NCBI GenBank assembly: GCA_038245295.1
Contig: JBBRSP010000006.1
Coordinates: 1-64,000, forward strand
Reading direction: 5' to 3'
DNA length: 64,000 nt
Source: Candidatus Binatia bacterium
GTDB lineage: Bacteria > Desulfobacterota > Binatia > HRBIN30
The position numbers and the translations under genes were made by a program. The notes beneath the pieces are model-generated. The model saw only the letters and a list, made by a program, of their open reading frames with translations, had not been told where the DNA came from and did not search any database. Below are positions 20,348-29,861 of this stretch, in pieces (within the stretch, counting starts at the first letter, position 1; every line of letters begins with the position of its first letter).

Positions 20348-20416
20348 CGGACGTGCCCCTTTTCGCGCTCACCCTTGCCAAAACGCGGCGTCCGGAGCAA
20401 ACGGAAGTTACGACGA

Positions 20417-20668
20417 TTAGGAATGGGGAGGAAAGATTTCCTCGTGGGATTTCCCCGCCAGTGTCCCCTGCAGTTGGTTGATCGCGCCCTCGACCGAGTC
20501 ACTCAATGCCATCAGGCTGTGATCAGCCAGGGTCATCGTCACTTCGCAAGGAACCGCCGTCTGGAAGCCATTCGGCAAGCTCGACACCATGACAAAGAAC
20601 GCTTTGCCGTCGGCAGCACGAAATTGAAACCACTCCACTTTCTGAACGACGAACGGTGCATCAGCCAT
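20417..20668 (-). CDS. Hypothetical small protein (83 aa)
   Basis: GGAGGA RBS before MADAPFVVQKVEWFQF; globular composition. Confidence 0.7.
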   Translation of the reverse strand: MADAPFVVQKVEWFQFRAADGKAFFVMVSSLPNGFQTAVPCEVTMTLADHSLMALSDSVEGAINQLQGTLAGKSHEEIFPPHS

Positions 20669-20829
20669 AAACAGATCCTCCTGGGATCGCAGCACTAGAG
20701 GCCAACGGCGGTAAGGGGAAGAGCCCGGCGAGAATTGCCCGGAGGTGGACAAGGCGCCGGCGGATTTGTCAGAGTCGGGACAAGCGAGACGGCGGACGGC
20801 AGCACAGGAGGATCCGTGGGAACGAAAGA

Positions 20830-22071
20830 ATGATCGATACCCAAGTGCGTTTGCCACTGGCCGTGCGCCTGTTGAATCTCGGCGGTAAAACGTTGCAACG
20901 CGTCTACCCGCGTCTCGCCCGCTTGGACGCCGCGGCACTCTTGGCGCGGGCCGCGAAGAATACCGGGCTACATGATTTTGGTGGTGGGCCATACCGTGAG
21001 GGTCTCGCCCAACTCATCGGCTCCCTGGAAAACGAGGCATCCCTGCATCTCCTCGGACGTTTCATCGCCCGCGGCGACATCGTGCGCACCCTGGAGAGCC
21101 GCCTGCGGATCGTCGGCACGCTACGGCGTCATCCGGAAATCACCGCTAAGCCGGTTACCCGCCCCCTGTTCATCCTCGGGATGCCGCGCACGGGAACGTC
21201 GATCCTACATGAACTGATGGCGCAGGATCCGGCCAACCGGGTGCCGATGACCTGGGAGGTCATGCAGCCCTGGCCGCCGCCGGATCGCGCCACGTTCCAT
21301 CGTGATCCGCGAATCGCCGCAACCGACTCGCACCTGGCCGGTGTGGATCGGCTGATCCCGGGTTTCAAATCGATTCACCCGATGGGTGCACTGTTGCCAC
21401 AAGAATGTGTGGCGCTCACCCAGCATGACTTTGCCACGATGATCTACCATACGACGCACAACGTGCCGTCCTACCAGGCCTGGCTGGAACAGCTCGACAT
21501 GCGACCGGTGTATGCCTTCCACAAGCAGCAGCTGCAGTACTTCCAATGGCACTGTGCGGCGGAGCGCTGGGTGTTGAAGTCTCCCGGCCATTTGTGGTCG
21601 CTCGACGCCCTGCTGGCGATCTATCCGGATGCGCGGATCGTCCAAACACACCGCGATCCGCTCAAAGTGATCGCGTCGTTGGTAAGCCTGATGAACGTGT
21701 TGCGCCGCATGGCCTCGGACGATGTCGAACCCGCCGCGATGGCGCGGGATTGGACCGAGCGCCTAGCGCAGGGGCTGCAGCGCACCATGGATGTCCGCGC
21801 CTCGGGCGCCCTACCGGCCTCACAGGTCTTCGACATGCAGTTTGGCGAGTTCATGCGGGACGAGATCGCCATGGTGCGGCGTATCTACGATCACTTCGGC
21901 CTGACGTTTTCCGACCTCGCCGAAGAGCGCATGCGCGCCTTCCTGGCGAATAATCGGGTCGACAAACATGGGCGGCATGCGTACCGCCTTGCCAACACAG
22001 GCCTGGATGAAGCGCACGAGCGTGAGCGATACCGAACCTACTCGCAAACCTACAACGTCCTTGAAGAGTGA
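20830..22071 (+). CDS. Sulfotransferase (Sulfotransfer_3 family)
   Basis: FILGMPRTGTS PAPS loop, WVLKSPGH, VQTHRDP. Confidence 0.93.
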   Translation: MIDTQVRLPLAVRLLNLGGKTLQRVYPRLARLDAAALLARAAKNTGLHDFGGGPYREGLAQLIGSLENEASLHLLGRFIARGDIVRTLESRLRIVGTLRRHPEITAKPVTRPLFILGMPRTGTSILHELMAQDPANRVPMTWEVMQPWPPPDRATFHRDPRIAATDSHLAGVDRLIPGFKSIHPMGALLPQECVALTQHDFATMIYHTTHNVPSYQAWLEQLDMRPVYAFHKQQLQYFQWHCAAERWVLKSPGHLWSLDALLAIYPDARIVQTHRDPLKVIASLVSLMNVLRRMASDDVEPAAMARDWTERLAQGLQRTMDVRASGALPASQVFDMQFGEFMRDEIAMVRRIYDHFGLTFSDLAEERMRAFLANNRVDKHGRHAYRLANTGLDEAHERERYRTYSQTYNVLEE

Positions 22072-22072
22072 C

Positions 22073-22120
22073 GAGTGAAGGGTGAAGCACGGGGAGGCCT
22101 TCAGTCTTCACCCTTCACTC
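22073..22120. terminator. 15-bp inverted repeat between convergent genes
   Basis: GAGTGAAGGGTGAAG (22073-22087) / CTTCACCCTTCACTC (22106-22120), built from 7-bp units. Confidence 0.7.
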
Positions 22121-22129
22121 ATTTATGCT

Positions 22130-23146
22130 TCATCCCATAGGGTACAGGATTTCCTTGGTCACAGCGTTGCAGGCTTTGATCACATCGGCCGTCAGCGTCA
22201 CATCCGCCGCCGCCAGAGTTTCCTTGAGTTGCTCGACTGTCGTAGCGCCGATGATGGTCGAGCCGACGAAGTCATGCGTCAGTGTCCACGCCGTCGCCAG
22301 TGTCGCAACCGCCATATCGGCCTGTTTGGCGATTTCGATGAAGCGTCGTGTCGATTCCAGGGTGCGATCGTTGACGAAACGCCGGAACATCGCCTGCGAT
22401 CGTGGGTTGCCTTCCCCATACAGCGTGAAACGCGCCCCGTCGGGACGTTTGCCGTCGAGATATTTGCCGCTCAATACACCACCGGCAATCGGACTGTAGG
22501 GCAAAAGACTGACGTGCTCGCGGCGGCACACTTCCGCCAACTCATCTTCGAAGCGGCGATTGTTGAGGCTGAAGTTGTTCTGAATTGTTTCGTAGCGCGA
22601 CAGGCCGTGCACCTCACTCGCCCACAGGCTCTTGGTGAGCCCGTAGCAAGTCTCGTTACTGCAGCCGGCGGCGCGAATCTTCCCTTGCTCGACCAGGCGC
22701 GTCAGCGCCTCCATCGTCTCCTCGATGGGCACCCCGCGATCGGGCCAGTGGGTCTGGTAGAGATCAATGTAGTCGGTGCCGAGTTTTTTCAGGCTACCTT
22801 CCACGGCCCGCAGGATGTGATGGCGGTCGAGAGCGCCCTTGTTCTCCCGAACCGGCGACAGGAACCAGCCGCCGCCGGGACCCGCGACCTTGGTGGCGAT
22901 GAAGAGCGCGTCGCGCGGTTTGGTCTTCATCCACTTGCCGACGAATTCTTCGCTCTTGCCGACGTACCTACGATCCGGGGGCACCGGATAGATCTCGGCG
23001 ACATCGTAGAAATCGACACCGGCTTCGTAGGCGCGATCCATGATCGCCAGGCTGGTCTTTTCATCGGCCTGGTTGCCGAATGTCATTGTTCCGAGACAAA
23101 TTTCCGAGACGACCATTCCTGTGCGTCCGAGACGGCGGCGTTTCAT
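22130..23146 (-). CDS. Aldo/keto reductase (Tas-like)
   Basis: ICLGTMTFG, DVAEIY, IATKV, DYIDLYQTHWPD, YSPIAGG. Confidence 0.94.
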   Translation of the reverse strand: MKRRRLGRTGMVVSEICLGTMTFGNQADEKTSLAIMDRAYEAGVDFYDVAEIYPVPPDRRYVGKSEEFVGKWMKTKPRDALFIATKVAGPGGGWFLSPVRENKGALDRHHILRAVEGSLKKLGTDYIDLYQTHWPDRGVPIEETMEALTRLVEQGKIRAAGCSNETCYGLTKSLWASEVHGLSRYETIQNNFSLNNRRFEDELAEVCRREHVSLLPYSPIAGGVLSGKYLDGKRPDGARFTLYGEGNPRSQAMFRRFVNDRTLESTRRFIEIAKQADMAVATLATAWTLTHDFVGSTIIGATTVEQLKETLAAADVTLTADVIKACNAVTKEILYPMG

Positions 23147-23208
23147 CCTGTCCTCCCTTTACTCATACGTCAGATGCTGTCGTTCCATGCTGGCTCGGCG
23201 TCGGAGAG

Positions 23209-23913
23209 TCAATCCTCCGAGCCCATGTGTCGCCGCGCGCGCGTGAACACGGCGTCGAACATCTCTTGCGTCAGGAAGCCGGTCTGGGTGTTACGCTGGC
23301 TCGGGTGGTACGCGCCGATCAGCGTCAGATCCCCGAGCGACCAGGCGCAATCATGCGCAAACCGCGGCTTCGGACGTGGTAAGGAATTCCCCAGGCCAAC
23401 ATGCGCCGCCAGCGTCGCATCGAAGGCGATTTTGCCCAACGCGATGATCACGCGTAGGCGCGACAGCAGAGCGAATTCGCGCAGGAGAAACGGGCGGCAG
23501 GCAATGAGCTCGCTGTCGGTAGGTTTGTTGTCTGGCGGTGCACAGTGGCCGGCGGCGGTGATGTACACATCGCTCAACTCGAGGCCGTCTTCGCGATGCG
23601 TCGAGGTCGGTTGATTGGCAAAGCCGAAGCGATGCAGGGTTGCGAACAGCCAGTCACCGCTGCGGTCGCCGGTGAAGATACGTCCGGTGCGGTTGCCGCC
23701 GTGTGCCGCCGGCGCCAGGCCGATGATCAAAAGGCGAGCGTTGGGATCGCCGAAGCTGGGCACCGGGCGTCCCCAATACTCCCAGTCGGCGTAAGCGCGG
23801 CGTTTCTCGCGCGCCACCGCCTCACGGTAGACAACCAATCGGTCGCAGGCCCGGCAGGCCGCCATGTCGGCGTGCAACCGCGTCAGCGCCGCCGCTTTGC
23901 GAGCGCGCCTCAT
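23209..23913 (-). CDS. udgB: Uracil-DNA glycosylase family 5 (Fe-S)
   Basis: CRACDRL, GLAPAAHGGNRTGR.FTGD.SG, HPSQRNT. Confidence 0.92.
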   Translation of the reverse strand: MRRARKAAALTRLHADMAACRACDRLVVYREAVAREKRRAYADWEYWGRPVPSFGDPNARLLIIGLAPAAHGGNRTGRIFTGDRSGDWLFATLHRFGFANQPTSTHREDGLELSDVYITAAGHCAPPDNKPTDSELIACRPFLLREFALLSRLRVIIALGKIAFDATLAAHVGLGNSLPRPKPRFAHDCAWSLGDLTLIGAYHPSQRNTQTGFLTQEMFDAVFTRARRHMGSED

Positions 23914-23951
23914 CGGGCGAGAATGATCGTTGATGCTAGCCGTTTCGGGGT

Positions 23952-24212
23952 TTAGTGCGTGGTCACCGTTCCATCTGGGCTGGCACCAAAGGTTTGAGTC
24001 AACGACTCAAACGCAGGCGTCAGCGCGTGATCCAGAACCTCAGTGAGGAGCTCCTCAATGTCGGCAATGTCCTCGACGGTCAAGGCGCTGACATCCTGAT
24101 GCATGCCATGCAGCGCCCAGATCGCCGTGCGCAGGCGGCTACGCGCATCGTCGATGAGTCGAACCGCCTCTTGCGGGTCGACGGCGGCGATTTCTTCACG
24201 ATCATCGGCCAT
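23952..24212 (-). CDS. Hypothetical small helical protein
   Basis: 86 aa, GAAGGAG RBS, acidic and amphipathic. Confidence 0.7.
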   Translation of the reverse strand: MADDREEIAAVDPQEAVRLIDDARSRLRTAIWALHGMHQDVSALTVEDIADIEELLTEVLDHALTPAFESLTQTFGASPDGTVTTH

Positions 24213-24295
24213 TTCGGGTCTCCTTCGCGGCGAGATCGGCCATTCGCGCGAGTGTGCACACGGCGTCGCCTAGTTGCAACATGTTTTCGCCCCGT

Positions 24296-24511
24296 TCACC
24301 TCTCGGCCAAACTATCCCAATGAATCTGCCAAAACGAGGGCAACGGTGGACTAAGTTCGAAATGGTCCCCAAAGCAGCCAAAGCTTGGCTGGTGCATCAG
24401 GCGGTCGTTGATGAGTCGGATGTGATCTTCGAGCCCCTGTCCGGTGGCGGGCTCACCAACGTCCAACCGCTTGCGTTGGCCGCATTTCCTACACGAGACG
24501 TCGACGAACAT
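24296..24511 (-). CDS. Hypothetical small protein with CxxC (Zn-ribbon-like)
   Basis: 71 aa, CRKC ... CFGDH; starts 12 nt after the upstream stop. Confidence 0.65.
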   Translation of the reverse strand: MFVDVSCRKCGQRKRLDVGEPATGQGLEDHIRLINDRLMHQPSFGCFGDHFELSPPLPSFWQIHWDSLAER

Positions 24512-24523
24512 GGCCGCCGTCCG

Positions 24524-24916
24524 TCAGTTCTTTTTACGCGGCTTCTTCTCGGCAGCGGGTGTCGTGGCCGGTGTCGGCGTCATGATCGCCTGGGCGAACA
24601 ACGACTGCGCCTTGACCTGCTCGCGCAGTGCCTCGCGCACGCGTTCGACCATGCGGGGCTCGCCTTGAACCTTGCGCTCGATCGTTCGGAAGTCATCGAG
24701 CGAAATATTGTAGGGCTTGATGGCGTCCTCGATCACAACACTGTGATCGCGCTGCATCGATCCGTAAACCTTGATGTACATGTCGAGCTGCGATTCGCTG
24801 ACTTCGGGGAGATCCGAGTGTGGCATCTCTTCGGCTTGCGGCTCGTAGGTGATGACGAACATGCCAGCCAAGGCGACAGCAGCGACGATGAGGGCGAACC
24901 TTTTGCGTGAAATCAT
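24524..24916 (-). CDS. Exported hypothetical protein (DUF4168-like)
   Basis: Signal/TM N-terminus from MISRKR; VSESQLDMY..ISLDDFRTIERKVQGEP.MVERV helical pattern. Confidence 0.6.
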   Translation of the reverse strand: MISRKRFALIVAAVALAGMFVITYEPQAEEMPHSDLPEVSESQLDMYIKVYGSMQRDHSVVIEDAIKPYNISLDDFRTIERKVQGEPRMVERVREALREQVKAQSLFAQAIMTPTPATTPAAEKKPRKKN

Positions 24917-25019
24917 GGGTGGTGTGTAGAGAACTGTTCTCCGCCGCTGATCCTCGCTTCCCGTCGTCGCCGAGTCAAGCTCTCTTGTGACGAACCCGGG
25001 ACGCCTGGTAAGGGGACAC

Positions 25020-25712
25020 GTGGCTGCATCCTCGGAACAAGCGGCGCGAATGCGCTCCATCCTCAAGCGCTTGGAGAATACCTACCCCGACGCGCACCTT
25101 GAGCTCGCGTTCTCGACGCCGTTTCAATTGCTGATGGCTCTGATCCTGGCGGCTCAGTGTACCGACGACAAGGTAAACGAGCTGACGTCGAGTCTCCTGT
25201 TCGCCAAATACCCATCGCCGCAACACCTGGTCGACGTCGCCACCGAGGAACTGGAAAAGGACATCCACCCGACGGGCTTCTACCGCCAAAAGGCCCGTTC
25301 CCTGCAGCGTTGTGGCGCCGCACTCGTGGAGCGTTTTGGTGGAGAGGTGCCGCGCCGCCTGGATGACCTACTGAGCTTGCCCGGAATCGGCCGCAAGAGC
25401 GCCAACATCCTTATCGGCAACGCGTTCGGCGGGCAGGCCATCGGCGTCGACACCCACACCTGGAGGCTGGCACAGCGCCTCGGATTCACAGATCATGACG
25501 ACCCGGACAAGATCGAAACGGATCTGACGACTGTCGTGCCTGGCCCGAAACAAACCCACTTCTGTCACCTGATGCAGGCACATGGACGGCGTACCTGCGT
25601 GGCGCGCAAACCGCGCTGCCCGGAGTGTGTTCTCCTCGACCTTTGTCCGTACGACGAGAAAACGGTTGCGACCATGCCGGCGAAGGCAAAACACCGATCG
25701 TCGCCGCGGTAG
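25020..25712 (+). CDS. nth: Endonuclease III
   Basis: LAAQCTD, LPGIGRKSAN, VDTH, C-terminal CVARKPRCPECVLLDLC 4Fe-4S motif. Confidence 0.95.
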   Translation: MAASSEQAARMRSILKRLENTYPDAHLELAFSTPFQLLMALILAAQCTDDKVNELTSSLLFAKYPSPQHLVDVATEELEKDIHPTGFYRQKARSLQRCGAALVERFGGEVPRRLDDLLSLPGIGRKSANILIGNAFGGQAIGVDTHTWRLAQRLGFTDHDDPDKIETDLTTVVPGPKQTHFCHLMQAHGRRTCVARKPRCPECVLLDLCPYDEKTVATMPAKAKHRSSPR

Positions 25713-25793
25713 GCCAGATACCCCTACCTTCCCTTGCCGGCAGGCAACCGCAGACCCGTTCCCTCCGCGACGACTTTGGAGTAGCGAGCACCC

Positions 25794-27056
25794 ATGAGTG
25801 ATACCCCGATGCTGACCACCGATCCGCGCAACGCCAAAGTGACGATGTTCGGCGATCCCTTTGAAGTGGCTCCGGGCGTGCTGATGCACGCCTCGTTCGT
25901 CAACACCTATGCCGTGAAGCTGCCGACGGGGCTGTTGGTGATTGACCCCGGCTTCTCGCATTTGGCGGCCAACGTTCACGAGGCCGTGCGAGGGTGGAGC
26001 GACGCGCCACTGCATACCGCCGTCTACACGCACGGGCATGCCGATCACGCCTTCGGCTTGAAGCCGTTCCTGGACGCCGGCGATGCGCCGCAGATCGTCG
26101 CCCACGAAAACTGCCCGGCGCGTTTCCGCCGCTACGAGATGACACACGGTTGGAACGCCCGCATCAATCAGCGACAATTCAGTCTGCCGGAGCCCAACTT
26201 CCCGCGCCGCTTTGTGTGGCCGACCCTGACGTTTCGCGATCAACTCGTGCAACGTATCGCTAATGTGACGGTCGAGTATCACGCGGCCAAGGGCGAAACG
26301 GATGACGCTTGCTACGTCTGGCTGCCCGAACAACGCTACCTATTCTGCGGCGACTTGATCATCTGGCAGGCGCCCAACTGCGGCAACCCGCAAAAGGTGC
26401 AGCGGTATCCACTCGACTGGGCCGAGGCACTCGAAAAGATGGCGGGCCTCAACGCAGAGTTTCTGTTTCCGGGCCATGGCATGGCGATCGAGGGCGCCGC
26501 GGCCGTTCGCCTCGTGCTCACCGAAACGGCGCGTTACCTGCGCGTCATCATCGAGCAGGTGCTCGAGCGTATGAATCGCGGCGAAACGCCCGATGAGATC
26601 TTCCATGCCGTCGAGCCGGATCCGGAACTCTCCACCCGCGCCTACCTGCAACCCAACTATGATCATCCGAAGTTCATCGTGCGCAACCTGCTGCGGCTCT
26701 GGGGCGGGTGGTGGAACGGCAATGCCGCCGACCTCTTGCCGGCGCCACTGGCCAAGCAGGCCGCTGAAGTGGCGCATCTCGCCGGCGGAGTGTCCGCTCT
26801 GGTGGCACGCGGCAACGCGCTTCTCGAAAGCGGCGACACGGTGATGGCAGCCCATGTCGCGGAGTGGGCGGTACGCGCTGCCCCGGCCGAGGCAATCGCA
26901 CAAGAGCTCAAACGCCAGGTCTACGCCAAACGACTAAACGAAGAGACGTCGCTGATGGGACAAGGAATTTATCGCGCCGCGATGAACGATGCGAAGGCGG
27001 CTCTCGGCGGCGCCAAGACCTCGGCCGATACGCTCATCCGCGTGCCAAAGCGCTGA
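25794..27056 (+). CDS. MBL-fold alkyl/aryl sulfatase-like hydrolase
   Basis: THGHADH, GETDD, PNCGNPQK..R, PGHG, GWWNGN dimerisation motif. Confidence 0.88.
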   Translation: MSDTPMLTTDPRNAKVTMFGDPFEVAPGVLMHASFVNTYAVKLPTGLLVIDPGFSHLAANVHEAVRGWSDAPLHTAVYTHGHADHAFGLKPFLDAGDAPQIVAHENCPARFRRYEMTHGWNARINQRQFSLPEPNFPRRFVWPTLTFRDQLVQRIANVTVEYHAAKGETDDACYVWLPEQRYLFCGDLIIWQAPNCGNPQKVQRYPLDWAEALEKMAGLNAEFLFPGHGMAIEGAAAVRLVLTETARYLRVIIEQVLERMNRGETPDEIFHAVEPDPELSTRAYLQPNYDHPKFIVRNLLRLWGGWWNGNAADLLPAPLAKQAAEVAHLAGGVSALVARGNALLESGDTVMAAHVAEWAVRAAPAEAIAQELKRQVYAKRLNEETSLMGQGIYRAAMNDAKAALGGAKTSADTLIRVPKR

Positions 27057-27090
27057 TCTCTGCTAATTAGTTGGTCCGTGCAACGAATCC

Positions 27091-28116
27091 ATGACTGATC
27101 CGACACCCAACGAAGCCCGCACCGATCTGCGCGTCCGCTTAACCGCCGGCGTCGCGTCGCTCGTCGTCGGCAGCGCCTTGCTTGGTGCCAAGTTCGTAGC
27201 CTACCAATTGACCGGTTCGTCGGCCGTACTGTCCGACGCCCTCGAAAGCATCGTCAACGTCGTGGCAGCCCTCTTCGCCCTCGGTGGCTTGGTCTTCGCC
27301 GGACGCCCGGCGGACCGCAATCACCCCTACGGGCACGGCAAGATCGAGTTCTTCTCGGCAGCGTTCGAGGGCGGGCTCATCGCCTTTGCCGCCGTACTCA
27401 TTCTCTACGAGGCGGCCCGAAGCCTCGTACAAGGCTCCGAGGTGCGCGACCTCGACATTGGCCTCGCCATCATCGCCGGCGCTGGCTTCGCCAACCTGGC
27501 CCTTGGGCAGTTCCTTGTACGCACTGGTCGCGCCTACAATTCCCTGACCCTGATCGCCGACGGGCAACACGTGTTGTCGGATTTCTGGACGAGCCTCGGT
27601 ATCGTGATCGGCCTGTTATTGGTGCGCTTCACGGGCCTCATCTGGCTGGATCCGGTGGTTGCTGGAATCGTTGGTGTCAACCTGGCGGTCACCGGACTTC
27701 GATTGGTGCGCCATGCCGCCGGCGGCCTCCTCGACGAGGAAGACAGTGATCTTCTAGACCGTCTGATCACGGCGATGAACGGCAGCCCGGTAACCGGAAT
27801 CATCCGCGTCCACAACATGCGCGCCATTCGCGCCGGATGTTTCACTCACGTTGATGCGCACCTGGTCGTCCCCGAGTTCTGGGCCGTCAAACAGGCGCAT
27901 GATGCCTCCGACACCTTCGAGGCCGCCGTCATCTCCAAGGGCAAGCTCGAGGGCGAGATCGTCTTTCACACCGATCCGTGCCGCAAGCTGTACTGCGTTA
28001 TGTGCGACGTCGTCGACTGTCCGATCCGCCAAGCACCATTCGTTGCGCGTTCCGCGCTTACAGTCGAGGAAGTGGTACGGCCGGACATGTTACCGCCTGG
28101 CCCAGCGCAGGCATAA
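27091..28116 (+). CDS. Cation diffusion facilitator transporter
   Basis: SDALESIVN, HPYGHGKIE, ADGQHVLSD; Cys-rich tail. Confidence 0.93.
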   Translation: MTDPTPNEARTDLRVRLTAGVASLVVGSALLGAKFVAYQLTGSSAVLSDALESIVNVVAALFALGGLVFAGRPADRNHPYGHGKIEFFSAAFEGGLIAFAAVLILYEAARSLVQGSEVRDLDIGLAIIAGAGFANLALGQFLVRTGRAYNSLTLIADGQHVLSDFWTSLGIVIGLLLVRFTGLIWLDPVVAGIVGVNLAVTGLRLVRHAAGGLLDEEDSDLLDRLITAMNGSPVTGIIRVHNMRAIRAGCFTHVDAHLVVPEFWAVKQAHDASDTFEAAVISKGKLEGEIVFHTDPCRKLYCVMCDVVDCPIRQAPFVARSALTVEEVVRPDMLPPGPAQA

Positions 28117-28127
28117 AGGAGCGATCT

Positions 28128-28583
28128 TTGGCTGATCAGGCAGCGGTAAGGTTCGAGCGCCCAACCTTCGTGGAGCGCCTGTTTGGCCGCGCCCTGGGAG
28201 CGCTCATTGGAATCGGTGTTGCACCGGGACATATGCACCTGTTGAGCGTCCACGGTCGCAAGAGCGGTGCGTTGTTCACCACGCCGGTCGACCTGCTTGA
28301 CGAAGGTGACAAGCTCTACCTCGTCGCACCGCGCGGCAAGACGCAGTGGGTGCGCAATGCCGAGGCGGCGGGTGAGGTACAACTCAAGCGTGGCGGTCGC
28401 TCTGCCACGTATAGATTGCGCTCACTGTCGGATGCCGAGAAGCCGCCGATCCTCAAAGCCTACCTGGACCGCTTCCCGTCGGAAGTTCAGCGCTTCTTCC
28501 CCTTACCGAAAGGCTCCCCCGTTACGGCATTTGCGCCGCTCGTGCAGCGCTATCCGGCATTCGAGATCACTCCACTGGCCTAG
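28128..28583 (+). CDS. Deazaflavin (F420)-dependent nitroreductase family (Ddn-like)
   Basis: GRKSG..FTTPV, WVRNAEAAG, YPAF; AAGGAG RBS before TTG. Confidence 0.85.
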   Translation: MADQAAVRFERPTFVERLFGRALGALIGIGVAPGHMHLLSVHGRKSGALFTTPVDLLDEGDKLYLVAPRGKTQWVRNAEAAGEVQLKRGGRSATYRLRSLSDAEKPPILKAYLDRFPSEVQRFFPLPKGSPVTAFAPLVQRYPAFEITPLA

Positions 28584-28635
28584 CGCTCGACGCGACTCGA
28601 CTGGAGTCGACGCTCTCGTCTGGTTCGACTCGGGG

Positions 28636-29805
28636 TCAGATCAAGGCGGAATGCACCAAGTCGGACAGGCGCTGATGGCGCTCGCAACTATGCGTCTCTT
28701 CCATCAGGCCGCTCGACAGGAAGGCATAGGTAACCTCACGGCGCGGATCGATCCAGAACACCGCCGAGCCGGCACCAAAGCCTCCGAAGGTATCGGCCGA
28801 GGCCAGTGTACCGAACGGCGTTGGATGAATCCCCTCGCCACGGAGGAAGAACCCGAGCCCGAGGTTGGCCGGGAACGGCTGCCAGTGGCGATCCGCCTGG
28901 CTATAGTCCCAGATGCTGTTGGTCAAGGCACCGGTGCGATTCACCCGGGCACACTCGAGTATCGCCGACGATAACAAGCGGAACCCATCGAGCTCACCCC
29001 CACGCCGCAACATCTCGGCAAACCGATGCAGATCGGGTGCCGTAGAGACGTAGCCACCGGCCGGCACCTCGGTGTCGGCGTTGAGCGTCGCGCCGACGCT
29101 CTCGAGAAACGGCGCATCGAGCAAACCGGGGCGACGATCACGCACGACAACCGGGGCCATCCGTTCGCGCAAGTCGTCGCGCAGGCCAATACACGTGTGG
29201 TGCATACCGAGCGGCTCGAAGAGATCTTCGTGCAGGATGCGCCGGTACGGACGTTTCGCCGCGTCGACACGACGCACCAGTTCGGCCAACACGGCATGGC
29301 CGACGATCACGCTGTAGACGACTCGGCTGCCCGGCGGCGACTCGAGCAGCGACGCACTCGTCGCCGCGACCACGGCTTCGAGATTACCCACCAACTCGGG
29401 CGGCATCATTGGCAGCATGGCGGGAACGCCGGCCGTGTGGGTCAGCAGATGCGCCACCGTGACGCCGCCTTTGCCCTTCACGCCGAACTCCGGAATGATG
29501 TCGGCTACCCGCGTCGTAAACGCGAAGTCACCCCGCTCGATCCGGTTCAACACCAGCGCGACGGTAAACTGTTTACCCACGGACATGGTACAGAAGATCT
29601 GATTTGGGACGACCTTGCGGTCGCTGCTGCGATCGGCAAAACCGTGCACCCCGCGGTAGGCGATACAACCGGAGCGGGCGACAATGAGCTCGCAGCCATC
29701 ATAGGTCTCCGCCGCGATGTCGCTCTCGATCACCGCAGAAAGTCGACTCAATCGCTCCGCATCAAAGCCTGCCTCGGTGGGATTCATTACGTTCATCGTC
29801 TTCAC
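28636..29805 (-). CDS. Serine hydrolase, beta-lactamase/esterase family
   Basis: SVGK (SxxK), LLTHTAG, PGS.VVYS, WIDP. Confidence 0.92.
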   Translation of the reverse strand: MKTMNVMNPTEAGFDAERLSRLSAVIESDIAAETYDGCELIVARSGCIAYRGVHGFADRSSDRKVVPNQIFCTMSVGKQFTVALVLNRIERGDFAFTTRVADIIPEFGVKGKGGVTVAHLLTHTAGVPAMLPMMPPELVGNLEAVVAATSASLLESPPGSRVVYSVIVGHAVLAELVRRVDAAKRPYRRILHEDLFEPLGMHHTCIGLRDDLRERMAPVVVRDRRPGLLDAPFLESVGATLNADTEVPAGGYVSTAPDLHRFAEMLRRGGELDGFRLLSSAILECARVNRTGALTNSIWDYSQADRHWQPFPANLGLGFFLRGEGIHPTPFGTLASADTFGGFGAGSAVFWIDPRREVTYAFLSSGLMEETHSCERHQRLSDLVHSALI

Positions 29806-29861
29806 CGCCCTCCGGAAAATGACCGTCGATGGCCCTGCGCCGGCTTCTACGAGTGCGGCCT

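Noticed and set aside
22082..23614. Long antisense ORFs (also 3707..4777, 16119..17579, 18275..19279, 42294..43733)
   Set aside because: Shadows of well-supported genes, expected in GC-rich DNA; no recognisable motifs.
28636..29805. Beta-lactamase resistance gene
   Set aside because: No signal peptide or KTG motif; the LLTHTAG esterase-like subfamily is more likely.
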